Shown: positions 36,859 through 47,557, counted from the stretch's first letter. The stretch: 64,000 nucleotides of DNA from an uncultured Verrucomicrobiae bacterium (GCA_963702845.1 OY969763.1:96001-160000); one strand, 5' to 3'. Notes: generated from the sequence alone by a model not told the origin. A program made the numbers and translations.

Positions 36859-37884
36859 ATGAGCGAGCAAATTGACATCGCGGTTGATCTGGGCGCCGTG
36901 CCGCCTCCTTTGCCGGAGATTGTCTCGTTGCGCAGTTTCATCGTCAACCCACCGACGCCTCCGCCGCAGGTCATCGAAGGCATCCTCCATCAGGGGTGCA
37001 AAATGATTTTGGGCGGGACGTCCAAGAGCAATAAGTCGTGGTGTTTGCTCGATCTGGCTTTCAGCGTTGCGAGCGGCCAAAAGTGGTGGGGCAAGCAGTG
37101 CGTCAAAGTGCCGGTGGTTTATATCAATTTCGAACTGCATGCCTGGGCGATGGCGCAACGCGTGGATGCGCTTTGCGCGGCGCGTCCGGAGTGCAAAGGC
37201 ATCGGGGATACGTTTCATCTTTGGAATCTGCGCGGGCACAATGCTGATCTGACGTTGTTGCGGCCGAAGTTGCTCGAGCAACTGTCGCGGCATGAATTCG
37301 GGCTCATCATTGTGGATCCCGCTTTCAAGGTGCTCGGCGATCGGGACGAGAATTCGAACGGTGAGATTGCCGCGTTGATGAATGAGTTTGAGGCAATCGC
37401 GCAGGGTTCGGGTGCTGCGGTGGTCATTGCGCATCATTTCGCCAAAGGCGACAGCACCGCGAAAGAGGCCGGCGATCGCATGAGCGGAGCCGGTGCGTGG
37501 GTGCGTGACCCGGACAGCATCATGGTGATGACACCGCACGAGGAGCCGGATTGTTACACGGTCAGCAGTATTCTCCGCAATTTGCCCAGGCAGGATGAGT
37601 TCGTTGTCGAATGGGAGTTTCCGCGGATGAAGGTTGCGAGCGAGCTAGATCCTCATGCGCTGCGTCGGCCCCAATCCAAGAACAAGGTTTGTCGCGACAG
37701 CGAATTCATTGAGCAAGTGCTTGGCAATGGTTCAAAAGCGTTCACGCGCATTGTCGTGGACGCTGAGTCGGCGTTGCAGATGAGCCGACGAACGACGGCG
37801 AATTATCTCAAGCGCTTGTGTGAGGCTGGTTTAGTCAAACAAGGAGGCGGGCTTTATTGGAAAGCTGCGCCTGCTCAACCGTAA
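36859..37884 (+). CDS. RepA/AAA_25-type replicative helicase
   Basis: GGTSKSNKS, YINFE, IIVDP, DENS, AHHFAK, SGAGA; C-terminal wHTH-like region. Confidence 0.85.
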   Translation: MSEQIDIAVDLGAVPPPLPEIVSLRSFIVNPPTPPPQVIEGILHQGCKMILGGTSKSNKSWCLLDLAFSVASGQKWWGKQCVKVPVVYINFELHAWAMAQRVDALCAARPECKGIGDTFHLWNLRGHNADLTLLRPKLLEQLSRHEFGLIIVDPAFKVLGDRDENSNGEIAALMNEFEAIAQGSGAAVVIAHHFAKGDSTAKEAGDRMSGAGAWVRDPDSIMVMTPHEEPDCYTVSSILRNLPRQDEFVVEWEFPRMKVASELDPHALRRPQSKNKVCRDSEFIEQVLGNGSKAFTRIVVDAESALQMSRRTTANYLKRLCEAGLVKQGGGLYWKAAPAQP

Positions 37885-38024
37885 AAAACCCAAAGGAAGT
37901 GCAAGGTGCAACATCCCTATAATAAGAATGCAGCATTAAGCAGGAAAGAAGGGACAACCCTCCTAGGAGTCGGGTTGCCCTTCTTCTGCCTGCAATGGGT
38001 TTGCACCTGTTTGAAAGTGATTTT

Positions 38025-38606
38025 ATGAGCAGACCATTCGAACAACTACCGAAAGAAAGCGCGAAAGCCTTCGCGGCGTTCAACTTGTATCTGAATCTCG
38101 GCGCGGAGCGTTCATTGCGGGAGGTAGGGGAAAAGTTAGGTAAGAGTGAGGGATTAATTGAACGCTGGTGTTCCAAATATGATTGGAAGACGCGCGTGCA
38201 GGCGTTCTCGGCGCACCTTGCACTGGTGGAGCGCGAAGCGATTGAGGCTTTGGCGCGAGAGCGTGCGATTGACTGGCATAAGTTGCACGAAGAGCAACGG
38301 ATCACTGAGTGGAAGATACGGTGTGAAGCCTTGGAGCTGGCGAAGGAGGTCATCGCTCGATGGCGAGAGAACACGAATAAAGCGGGGACGCTTGAAGGGA
38401 TCGCACGGCTTTTGGAGTTGGTCCACAAGTTCGGGCGGTCGGCAACGGGGATGCCTACGGAGATCAAGGAGGTTCGTGGGGAAGTGAATGCGACGCTGGA
38501 GGTGGAGTGGGAGATCGCGTTGAAAAAGGCGTTTCCAAAGGTGGCAGCGCCACCGGCCACTATTGTGGAGGCAGAAGTGATTGAACCGAAGGAGCTGAAG
38601 CCATGA
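38025..38606 (+). CDS. Terminase small subunit-like protein
   Basis: ESAKAFAAF..Y...RSL..V...IERW...DW..RV; ATGA-coupled to terL. Confidence 0.65.
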   Translation: MSRPFEQLPKESAKAFAAFNLYLNLGAERSLREVGEKLGKSEGLIERWCSKYDWKTRVQAFSAHLALVEREAIEALARERAIDWHKLHEEQRITEWKIRCEALELAKEVIARWRENTNKAGTLEGIARLLELVHKFGRSATGMPTEIKEVRGEVNATLEVEWEIALKKAFPKVAAPPATIVEAEVIEPKELKP

Positions 38607-40018
38607 TTGAGCAGCAAATGTTTGTAGATGAAGCGGTGCGCGCTGGTTGCGGCGAGGATCAGATTCGGAACTTTATCCGCGCGCGCGTGTTCTTGCAGCA
38701 GCGGCAACTGGTGGCGAGCGCGGCGGCGCGGCTCTGCGATAGCCCGGATGGGCCGACGTCGATCGGCTACGGCGGCGCGCGCGGTGGCGGCAAGTCGCAT
38801 TGGCTTTTGGCGCAGATGGGCGCGGACGATTGTCAGCGTGTGCCTGGGCTGAAATGTCTTTTGCTCCGCAAAGTTGGGAAGTCGAACACGGAACATTTCG
38901 AGGATCTGCGCCGAAAGCTGTTCATGTGTTTGCCTCATGAGTTTTCGGCCTATCGTGGGTTGTTGACGTTCACGAACGGGTCGCGGATTCATGCCGGGCA
39001 TTTCCAATGTGAGAAGGACATCGATAATTATCTAGGCATTGAATACGACGTGATCGGGATCGAGGAGGCAACGACGTTGTCGAAGCGGAAGCATGACGAT
39101 ATTTCGACGTGCTGCCGGTCATCGAAGATTTTGCCGGACGGCACGACGTGGCGTCCGCGGATTTATTCGACGACGAATCCGGGCGGGGTAGGGCACGCTT
39201 GGTATCGAGCGATGTTTATTGTGCCGTTCCAGGATGAGAAGGAGAGCGATACGCGATTTATTCCGGCGCGCGTTGAAGATAACAAGTTCAACAATCCGGA
39301 TTATCGCAAGAGGCTGGAGGGTTTGGCCGACGGTTGGCAAAAGCGCGCCTGGCTGCACGGTGATTGGGACATTGCGGCAGGGCAATTCTTCACGACGTTT
39401 CGACGCGATGTGCACGTCATCGAGGATTTTGATGACACGCGCGCAATGGAGTGGTTCGCCGCGCTCGACTACGGGTTCAATCATTACACGGTGGTGTTGC
39501 TCGGGTGCCGCGATGGCGATGGCAACGTTTTTATCGTGGATGAACATGCGGAGCGGATGTGGGTTCCGCAGCGGCACGCGCAGGCGATCCGCACGATGTT
39601 GGCGCGGCACAAAACAAATCAGGGTTGCACGTTGCACTTGCTGGATTTGAAACAGGTTGTTGCCGGCGCGGATGTGTTCAGTCGACAGAGCGACGGCACT
39701 ACGATCGCGGCGCAATATGAGCGGCTGGGGGTGAAGCTTTCGCAAGCGAACATGGACCGGGTAAATGGATGGGCGGAGGTGCTGCACCTGTTAGGTGACA
39801 CGGCGAATAATATTAAGCCGAAGTTGTTTATTCATCGGCGGTGTGCGCGGTTGGTCGAGTGTTTGCCGGCGTTGCAGCACGATCCGAAGCGTCCTGAGGA
39901 TGTTTACAAAGTTGACGCCGAGGATGGAATCGGCGGCGACGATGCGGCGGATGCTCTTCGGTATATGGTCGCGACGAAGTCGCGCGAGTGTTTTGTGCGG
40001 AAGTTGAGGGGACTCTAA
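38603..40018 (+). CDS. terL: Terminase large subunit
   Basis: YGGARGGGKS, GIEEAT, TTNPGG.GH, HGDWD, ALDYGF, DDAADALRY. Confidence 0.93.
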   Translation: MIEQQMFVDEAVRAGCGEDQIRNFIRARVFLQQRQLVASAAARLCDSPDGPTSIGYGGARGGGKSHWLLAQMGADDCQRVPGLKCLLLRKVGKSNTEHFEDLRRKLFMCLPHEFSAYRGLLTFTNGSRIHAGHFQCEKDIDNYLGIEYDVIGIEEATTLSKRKHDDISTCCRSSKILPDGTTWRPRIYSTTNPGGVGHAWYRAMFIVPFQDEKESDTRFIPARVEDNKFNNPDYRKRLEGLADGWQKRAWLHGDWDIAAGQFFTTFRRDVHVIEDFDDTRAMEWFAALDYGFNHYTVVLLGCRDGDGNVFIVDEHAERMWVPQRHAQAIRTMLARHKTNQGCTLHLLDLKQVVAGADVFSRQSDGTTIAAQYERLGVKLSQANMDRVNGWAEVLHLLGDTANNIKPKLFIHRRCARLVECLPALQHDPKRPEDVYKVDAEDGIGGDDAADALRYMVATKSRECFVRKLRGL

Positions 40019-40068
40019 GAAAGGCTGAAGGATGAAGGGCTTTGCCCCGCTTTTGGTCGAGCCCATTG

Positions 40069-40371
40069 TTAGGCACTACTGCCTCGGACTTTGAAGAAGC
40101 CCCACTTCATACCAAGGCCGATAGCAGCGACGAAGGAAAGTGCCGCGCAGGGAAAAATATTTTGGATCAACTGGAACGTGCGAAGTTCCTTGAGCGACGC
40201 ATACCGAACGGAGCCATGGCTTACTACCACTTTCTCGGTCAGGCCCAAAGTCTCGTCTGGAGCCTTCGGGAGATGAACGAAGTAATATTGGTCTATAAAC
40301 ACAGCTGCTCCCACGAAGATGAAAAAAAATCCAAGGAGAACCCCAAGCAATGTTTTGCGAAACCTATTCAT
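40069..40371 (-). CDS. Two-TM cargo protein ending in an attC-like R'' box
   Basis: Stop TAA lies inside GCCTAAC, followed by AATGGGCTCGACC on - strand. Confidence 0.7.
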   Translation of the reverse strand: MNRFRKTLLGVLLGFFFIFVGAAVFIDQYYFVHLPKAPDETLGLTEKVVVSHGSVRYASLKELRTFQLIQNIFPCAALSFVAAIGLGMKWGFFKVRGSSA

Positions 40372-40565
40372 GATTCATCACCACCTAGACAATTTATATC
40401 CGACAACTGTTCGCAGATTTTGAATCAGCCAACAAGGGTTTTATGGCGGCTTCTTTAAGAGAGGCCGGAGTCCAGAGGTTGCAAATCTCTGGCGCGGAGG
40501 TTTGGAGGCGGCGTGAGTCTCCAAAGCGAATGGCTCGCGCCTGGGCGGACGCGAGGCAAAACGGG

Positions 40566-40943
40566 TTATCGGGGACTGGCCGCGCAGGTTTGCGGCTTCG
40601 CGTCGCGATCGGCGGTGTAGATGAGAGGCTGGCCGCAGGCGTGGCAGGTTTTCCAATAGGTGCCGGCGTCGCGGTCTTTCTGACTTCGGCAATACCAGCG
40701 GATGCCGCATTGGGCGTGTTCGTCGGGCGTGCGGTATTTGTTCGCACAGGCGCGCTGAAAGCGGCGGTGATTCTTCGCGATTTCCTCCTCGGCGTTGCGC
40801 TTCTCGCGCTGGATTTTGGCGAGGATCTTCGCGGCTTGTTTGACTTCCCGTTCGTGTTGTTCGGCGGCGCGTTGGGCTTCGCACTTCGCGGTGTCGGCCG
40901 CAACGGCGGCGGCTTCGAACGGCATGAGAGATTGTTGGTTCAT
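40566..40943 (-). CDS. Hypothetical protein (coiled coil plus Cys motifs)
   Basis: ATGA-coupled to upstream ORF; CHACG motif. Confidence 0.6.
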   Translation of the reverse strand: MNQQSLMPFEAAAVAADTAKCEAQRAAEQHEREVKQAAKILAKIQREKRNAEEEIAKNHRRFQRACANKYRTPDEHAQCGIRWYCRSQKDRDAGTYWKTCHACGQPLIYTADRDAKPQTCAASPR

Positions 40944-41287
40944 GAATGGAGTTCGGTGTGGATGAGGTCTGCGAGGTAATGCGCTTGTTTGGGCAAGCCA
41001 CGAATGTTCCAACGTTTCAGAACGGCTGCGCGTTGCTCCGGCCTGAGCAAGAGGAGCTGGCGGCGCGCTCTGCGCCACGTCTGCGCGGTTTGGTTTCTCC
41101 AGCGTTGCACCATTTCGACGGTTTCTTGGTCAAGGCGATCAATGCGTTGGTGTGCCGTCTCGGTCGGTGCGAGTTCTGGAAAAAGACAGACGGCATCGGT
41201 CTGGCGCTGGAGGGCGCGACTTGCGGCGGCGATGCGTCGTCCCGAAACAGGGCGGCGCGCTGCTTTCATGTGCTTGTCGAATCTCAT
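40940..41287 (-). CDS. Hypothetical basic protein
   Basis: GAGGA RBS; part of three-gene reverse operon. Confidence 0.6.
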   Translation of the reverse strand: MRFDKHMKAARRPVSGRRIAAASRALQRQTDAVCLFPELAPTETAHQRIDRLDQETVEMVQRWRNQTAQTWRRARRQLLLLRPEQRAAVLKRWNIRGLPKQAHYLADLIHTELHS

Positions 41288-41346
41288 GGCTCGATCCTCG
41301 TCGGGTGGATGGCTCCCGCCCTGGGCGGACGGGAACCAAGTGGGAA

Positions 41347-41658
41347 CTAGGCTGTGGCTGCCTCTACTTCGATGGGCGGGTGTGCCTCGTGGATGAGCTC
41401 CAGCTTGCGGTCCGTGGCCATCACTTTCGCGAGGCCCGAAGCGCGGCGGAAGTCGTAGACACCGTAAACTGTGTTGATTGGCTGGCCGTGCTCGTCACCG
41501 AGATAAACTGACCAGCGCTGAACGTCTGCGCCGGTCTTGTCTTTGCTCTGTTCCGGTCCCCGGAAGAAGACGGCTCTCCATGCCTGACTGGTTGACTGTG
41601 CGATCCGGTTCATGAGCCCTGGCGTTTCAGTGTTTTGTTTTTTGGTATTTGTTTTCAT
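41347..41658 (-). CDS. Hypothetical protein
   Basis: First gene of reverse operon; A-rich leader. Confidence 0.6.
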   Translation of the reverse strand: MKTNTKKQNTETPGLMNRIAQSTSQAWRAVFFRGPEQSKDKTGADVQRWSVYLGDEHGQPINTVYGVYDFRRASGLAKVMATDRKLELIHEAHPPIEVEAATA

Positions 41659-42746
41659 GTTCTTTTTTTTGACTGCTCTGCTGTGCGCTCTCGGACTGTC
41701 GCCCTTCATCCGAAAAAGCGCGTGCAGGCAGCGGCGGACGGCGGGAGTAGTCTTCAGAGGGCACCGCGAGATCCCCCTGCTGAAGCGCGCCGGTGAGGGC
41801 GATTGGTCGAGTGGCCAGCAGAGGGTGAAAAGGAACCAGAATTCTTTTTAGGGCTCAGGGGAATGGCGAGCGCCGACTGAGCGCGTTAGTCAAATGCGAC
41901 TCCGCCTAACTTCTTTCAAGCTGCGGAGTGGAGGCGTGGCGTGAAGAATGCAAAACGGATTGGCGCGCGCACTGCAGGCCGATGGTGGGGAAGATCGGCC
42001 GACCGCATGTGAGCGTGCCGAGCCGTTTTCCCTGCGTGGCATAAGGCAATATTGTGCGACAAATCCGGTTCGCATCAGTGGGTCTCGCGGGTCCCGCTGT
42101 TGCGATGCGTTATTTCGCAACGGATTTTCTGCACAATGTTTCTTATGTCTTAGCAGTGGTTCGCAAGGCAGACGCCCAGACGCGCAGTTTCGAGCATCGT
42201 AGCGTCTGCCGATTTCTTCATGACATGCCTGAACGGAGCTTAGCAGTTTCTCGCGGGGTCGCATCAACACGGGCTCGCGGCGGCCGCGATCTCTGACGTG
42301 TGCGCGGAAGCTGAGGATGTCGCCGGCGTTCGTATGGGGACGGGGCGAACGGGAAGGCGATACCGCAGGCTTTTGCGCAGAGGTCAGACTGAAGTTGGGG
42401 GCGACAGTGAGTGCGGCAAATTCAGTGGAGGCCCAGACACGCAGCTCGCGAGTATCGTAGCCGGAACTGAATTGGCCGCTCTCACCGAGCTGGGGCTGTT
42501 TTGCCAGTCTCCACAGATTTGAAACGTCGGAACGGAGGCGTTAGCACGCGGCCACGAAATGGAGGCGTGATGGAAGCGGAGTTGTTCGCTGACACGCGCC
42601 GCAATGTAGCGGAGTGGAGCGTTTTTAATTTGTGGAGTCTGGCTCTTCGGGGCTGCGCAAGGGTGAGGACAACGACGGTGCTTGCACGATGGAGCGACAT
42701 CGGCAGCGACAGTCGAGTCGATGGCGTCACTCTTGTGCGGCAGGGG

Positions 42747-43304
42747 CTACTTGTGAAAGGCAGGGTTTTTTAGTTTGATTCGTCCGAGAACATTGGACCG
42801 GGCCATATTGTTCTCATTGTAAAATGACAGTTCCAATGTCTCTTCGTTCGTAGGGCATTCTGGCCAGGTGATGGCAACGATGCCCGGATGGTTCAGCCAT
42901 CGCCAAGCATGCAATTTCCAAGCGGCCATTATTGTGTAGGGCTCCCCGGGATCCTGGACGGCACACCATGTCCGGCGAGAGCGATCGGGCTCGTATGGAT
43001 TTTCGCTGAACCAAAACACTGCCTCACCCGGGCCCGTATGGAATGGAATCGTATTCGTTTGCATGAAGAGTCGTGGGAAAACTTTCGAGCTCAAGAGGCT
43101 CAGCTTTTGCAAGGCGCGCTTTGCTGGGTTTTGGTTCAGCCACATTTGACTGCGGACGTCGTATGTCGCCTCTATTAGTTTGAGCGTCGGTCCGTTAGGG
43201 ATCGTGATCGTTACCTGGTTAAGTTGAGTTAACCACAACAGAGCAGCGATTCCCACGGCGAGGGCGCAAATAGCCACCAGAGTAAATTGGGTTTTGCGCC
43301 GCAT
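42747..43304 (-). CDS. N-terminally anchored membrane cargo protein
   Basis: MRRKTQF then TM helix. Confidence 0.65.
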   Translation of the reverse strand: MRRKTQFTLVAICALAVGIAALLWLTQLNQVTITIPNGPTLKLIEATYDVRSQMWLNQNPAKRALQKLSLLSSKVFPRLFMQTNTIPFHTGPGEAVFWFSENPYEPDRSRRTWCAVQDPGEPYTIMAAWKLHAWRWLNHPGIVAITWPECPTNEETLELSFYNENNMARSNVLGRIKLKNPAFHK

Positions 43305-43555
43305 GAAAGGAGGTTGGCAGAACAGGGAAAGAGTTCAAGCCGGTGACTAGGTTTAGTCGGAGAACTGGAATTTGAAACGGCTAAGCGGTGGCTTGTCACC
43401 GCGTGCCAGAGCGAGACTGCGTTGGGTTGGTGGGCGTCTTTGGGTTGTATTTGTTTTTGGGGCGAGCTGGGAAGCGAGGGGGTTCTTTTGGGCTCGCGTG
43501 GCGCGCGTTCAGTATGCCGGGGAGGGGGCGAACCTGTGGCTAGTCGCGAGGAGCG

Positions 43556-43628
43556 GTGCCCCCTCCCCCGCTGCTAGACGTCGCCCGCTTTTAGCGGAAC
43601 TGCGACGTTACCAGCGGGGGAGGGGGCG
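43556..43628. repeat. GC-rich REP-like palindrome
   Basis: GCCCCCTCCCCCGCTG...ACGTCGC pairs with GCGACGT...CAGCGGGGGAGGGGGC. Confidence 0.7.
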
Positions 43629-43799
43629 CGGGTTGGTGGGGGGCCCCGCGACGAGGCGGGCAATGCGCGGGCGGCGCGAGGGGGAAATGGGCGGGTGCCG
43701 CCGGCGTGCGGCGGGGAAATCAGTAGGACGTAGCGAGAAGGGAAACAGGGCGAGCGGAGTTCCGTTCAACCCTCTGAGCCTGGCGAACAAATGTTGTCT

Positions 43800-44258
43800 T
43801 TAATGCTGCGGAGGACCAACTGGCGTTGCTTGCTCTGTTTGAACCGTCTGACGCTGGCGCTTCGCATTCTTCAGTGCATACATGATCGCATAGACTAGCC
43901 ATGGCCACGTCAACAGCGCCTCCCATCCAGGAAAGGGATTGCGGATGGTGAACAACCCCATTACCCAAGTGCGAATGATGATCGTAAACGCAGCCGCGAT
44001 GGTGAATGCACCGGTCTGGTAGTTGCCTTTCGTTCCTCGTTTTAGCAGGACGCGTCCTAGTAAACAAAGTGCTCCTACGATTACGTCCCAGAAGGTTCCC
44101 CAGAGGAGGGCTCTTACGTTTCGAGCGTCGCCACGTCGTTGAAATTCCGAAATGAGTAACAGATTGAGCAGTGCGGCTGCCCAATAAACGACTGTGAGGA
44201 TTGCCAGGGAAATTGACACTGGCTTCCACCGCAGAAAGGATCTCACCTCAGTATTCAT
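43800..44258 (-). CDS. Four-TM cargo protein
   Basis: Four hydrophobic segments. Confidence 0.65.
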   Translation of the reverse strand: MNTEVRSFLRWKPVSISLAILTVVYWAAALLNLLLISEFQRRGDARNVRALLWGTFWDVIVGALCLLGRVLLKRGTKGNYQTGAFTIAAAFTIIIRTWVMGLFTIRNPFPGWEALLTWPWLVYAIMYALKNAKRQRQTVQTEQATPVGPPQH

Positions 44259-45225
44259 AAGTACAACTTGGCGCGGCTGAAGGTAGCCAGCTGAGAAAGC
44301 GATGACAACGCCAACCTGCTAGCTTATGTGAATTGGCCAACTGAAATCGTGCGGAGCACTGCTGCCGAGTCTGCGAGGCGGCAAAGAGGGTGGTTGGAAT
44401 ACGGTCGCGCTGGGCGACTAACGCCGCCGCGAACGATACCGCCACGGCTGACGCGAACGGGGAAAATACCGGGACCAACCCATAACCACGATGAACACCC
44501 ACAGAGTACTGCGCCCACCACGGTAACCGCGGCACGCACCACTGAGGCGACCCGCACGACATCCAGAACTGAACTGGCTTATGAACACCATCATTATAAA
44601 ACCGCAACACCGAACCACGAAACCCGACTAGCGCCTGTTTTATTTTTTGTATTTTTTTCATCACATTGACTTTGAAAAAAATCAAAAAATAAAACTGGTG
44701 CGGTAGATCGCGGGAACCAACGTCGACAACCCTGCGCTCCAGTCGCGAGCATCAAAACAATTATATGGATCTCTGACTTCCAGACGGCGAAGGCTAAGCG
44801 GTGTGCAGACGGATCAGCAGCAGGTGTGACAGGGCACTGACTGACTAAATCAAAAATCAATTATCTCAGTGCCCTGGCGCATCTGCTGCCCGGCTGCACA
44901 GCGCGTGCCGGATGGGCGTTGGACGAGTTGAGGTGTTGAGAAGCGCAATTGATATTGTGCGTGCGAAGCGTGGGACGTTGGACAATCCGCGACGTTGGGT
45001 TGGTTTGGTGGCTAACTGATGCCGAAGGTTCGTAACAAATGAGCGACTGGCGGCTGCGCTGCTCTGAACGGTTCGTGTTATAGCAACGCAGCGCGGGTGC
45101 CAGGCGCGCAACTGACTTCTTTTATGTAATCGGCATCAGAATTATCGCACGCGTCGAGCAAGCGCGAAGCGGCTGCCGTTGGGAATTGTGCTGCAATCGG
45201 GGCACCTCCGTCGTCGTCGCCGTGG

Positions 45226-45714
45226 TCACGAGACGTCACCGCTTTTTCCACAAAACGGCAAATGCGTGAACTCGAGCACTTCCTGAGCGAACCTCTGCGC
45301 CAGCACCGCGTGCTCGGCGCCGTGGTTGTTCGTGGTAAAGGCGGCGAGTTGGACGAACTTGCCCGACCGGAGCAGCAAGCCGACGATACTATCGTGACCG
45401 TCGGATCCCATATACTGACAACGTATCGAAACGCCCTCGATGTCATTGGTCGCAATTTCCCTCCGTCTGAGAGTGACCAAGTCCCACGTTCGTGTGACAA
45501 CCAGTAGATTTCCCGCAGGCGTCAGGCCAATTTGCCGGAAGTTGCCGGCTAGAACGAAGGTAATCGCGCCGACGACGAAAGCAACTGCATCGGCGACAAG
45601 GCTGACGTGGCCGACGACAAAGACGCAAAAAAGGATGGCACTGCAGATAAAAACGCGCGGCACCCACCGGTCCCGCCGCACTTCCGATTTCAAAAACACG
45701 TCGTTCGTCGGCAT
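45226..45714 (-). CDS. Two-TM cargo protein with soluble C-terminal domain
   Basis: Two TMs then beta-rich region; preceded on - strand by an attC-like segment at 45756-45857. Confidence 0.55.
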   Translation of the reverse strand: MPTNDVFLKSEVRRDRWVPRVFICSAILFCVFVVGHVSLVADAVAFVVGAITFVLAGNFRQIGLTPAGNLLVVTRTWDLVTLRRREIATNDIEGVSIRCQYMGSDGHDSIVGLLLRSGKFVQLAAFTTNNHGAEHAVLAQRFAQEVLEFTHLPFCGKSGDVS

Positions 45715-45955
45715 GCCGCAGTCTAAAAGCAACAATAGAACAGCGCGTTTTATATCACCAACGGGCGCTGGTCGCAATCACCGAGAGCGGACGGCTGCGG
45801 CGTAGGAGCGTTGCGATAGCATCGCGACGGAGCCGCTGCCGGACGCGTGCGTTGGAACCACGCAGCACGGAAAATTGCGCAAAGGTCGCGTAGTTTCGCT
45901 TAGTGTCGCGTTGCTTCGGTAGACCGGAGATGCAGATGTTTGCGAAGATGTGTGC

Positions 45956-47557
45956 GTGCCAGTTAACACGACACATCCAGAATATGACGCCAGCTTAGCT
46001 TTATGGCTTCGCGCTCGCGATGTGCTGGCTGGCGAAGATTCTGTTAAAGCTGCGGGTGAACGTTATCTGCCGAAGCTGGAGTTGCAGACTGACGACGAGT
46101 TCAAAGCGTATCGCGCTCGTGCTTCGTTCTTCAATGCGACTGGCCGCACGCTGGATGGATACAGTGGGTTGATTTTTCGACGCGCGCCTTTTGTCAAAAT
46201 TCCTGAAGGTCCTTCCGGACGGGCAACATCCGGTCGGGCACCGTCCGCGCTCGCTTCTGCGCTCGGGCAGTTTGTCAACGATTGCGACATGCTCGGCACG
46301 TCATTAACCGGCTATGCAAAGGATTTGGTGACGGAGATCATCGGCGTTGGTCGTGCCGGCACGTTGGTTGATTGGGAAGGTGAATTTGAAAATCGCGCCT
46401 ACGTATCGCTGTATGAGGCGGAACAAATCATCAACTGGCGAGTGGAGCGCGTGAACGGGCGCAATGTGCCGACCTTGATCGTGCTGAAGGAAAGTTCGAG
46501 CACGAGTTCAACGGATGGTTTCACCAACGATGTGCTTCCGCAGATTCGGGTTTTGAAGTTGGTCCGCGGTGCGAGCAGCCCCGGCCAAGTGGGCGCAACG
46601 AAATTTTCGTTGGTATACCAAGTCGAAATCTGGCGGCAAGAATCTGCGAGCAAAAAAGGCGACAAAGCTGAATGGGTGTTGACGGAAACGCGCACGCCGT
46701 TGCGTTTCGGCAAGCCGTTGCCACTGATTCCGTTTGTGTTTCATGGGTCGCGGAATTCCCTGCCGTCCATCGATAAGTTGCCGCTGACGGATTTGATTGC
46801 GGTGAATCTGAATCACTATCGCCTCGATGCTGATTACAAGCACGGCATGCATTTCACTGCGCTTCCAACGGCGTGGCTGAGTGGCTTTAAGAAGGACGAG
46901 AAGTTTCAGATTGGCGCTCGTGCTGCGTGGGTTTCTGAAGCAGTTGGGGCGTCGGCTGGTTTTCTGGAATTTACCGGACAAGGGCTCACCACTTTTGAGC
47001 GCGCGATGGATCGTGACGAAAAGCAGATGGCTGTGCTTGGCTCGCGATTGTTGGAGTCGCAGAAGCGCGTGGGGGAAACGGCGCAAGCGATTGAGCTGCG
47101 GCAGAGCGGTGAAAATAGTGTGCTGGCGAATGTGGCCACGAGTTTGAGCGAGTCGCTGACGCAGGTTTTGCGCTGGGTTTATTGGTGGAATTCGACGGAG
47201 GAAACGCCTGAAGCGCTCACTGACAATGTTGTTGTCATTTCGCTTAACACGGATTTCACAACGGCTGGGATGGATAGCAATGAGCTGCGCGAGATCGTTG
47301 CTGCATGGCAAGCGGGTGCAATCAGCCAGGACACGATGCTGGAACTATTCCGGCGTGGAGAAATTTTGCCGGATGGGCGCTCGAATGAGGATGAGGTGGC
47401 TCTCATTAAGGCGGCGGAGTTTCGCGCGAAGGGTGGCAGCGCCACTGGCCACTCCAGTCCCAGCGACCCGTCGAAGAGTCCGGCAGATCAAACACAAACA
47501 TCGGTGCCAGCGCCTGCCGCTGCTGCTGCACCGACGAACCAACCGATGGCGGCATAA
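45956..47557 (+). CDS. Portal protein (DUF4055-like)
   Basis: THPEY...RDVLAG...YLPKL, RASFFNAT.RT, IINWR, IPFVF, KLPL.DL...NL.HY. Confidence 0.88.
   Translation: MPVNTTHPEYDASLALWLRARDVLAGEDSVKAAGERYLPKLELQTDDEFKAYRARASFFNATGRTLDGYSGLIFRRAPFVKIPEGPSGRATSGRAPSALASALGQFVNDCDMLGTSLTGYAKDLVTEIIGVGRAGTLVDWEGEFENRAYVSLYEAEQIINWRVERVNGRNVPTLIVLKESSSTSSTDGFTNDVLPQIRVLKLVRGASSPGQVGATKFSLVYQVEIWRQESASKKGDKAEWVLTETRTPLRFGKPLPLIPFVFHGSRNSLPSIDKLPLTDLIAVNLNHYRLDADYKHGMHFTALPTAWLSGFKKDEKFQIGARAAWVSEAVGASAGFLEFTGQGLTTFERAMDRDEKQMAVLGSRLLESQKRVGETAQAIELRQSGENSVLANVATSLSESLTQVLRWVYWWNSTEETPEALTDNVVVISLNTDFTTAGMDSNELREIVAAWQAGAISQDTMLELFRRGEILPDGRSNEDEVALIKAAEFRAKGGSATGHSSPSDPSKSPADQTQTSVPAPAAAAAPTNQPMAA

Noticed and set aside
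41890..42773. Several overlapping short ORFs
   Set aside because: No consistent frame, RBS or motif; looks like degenerate non-coding DNA
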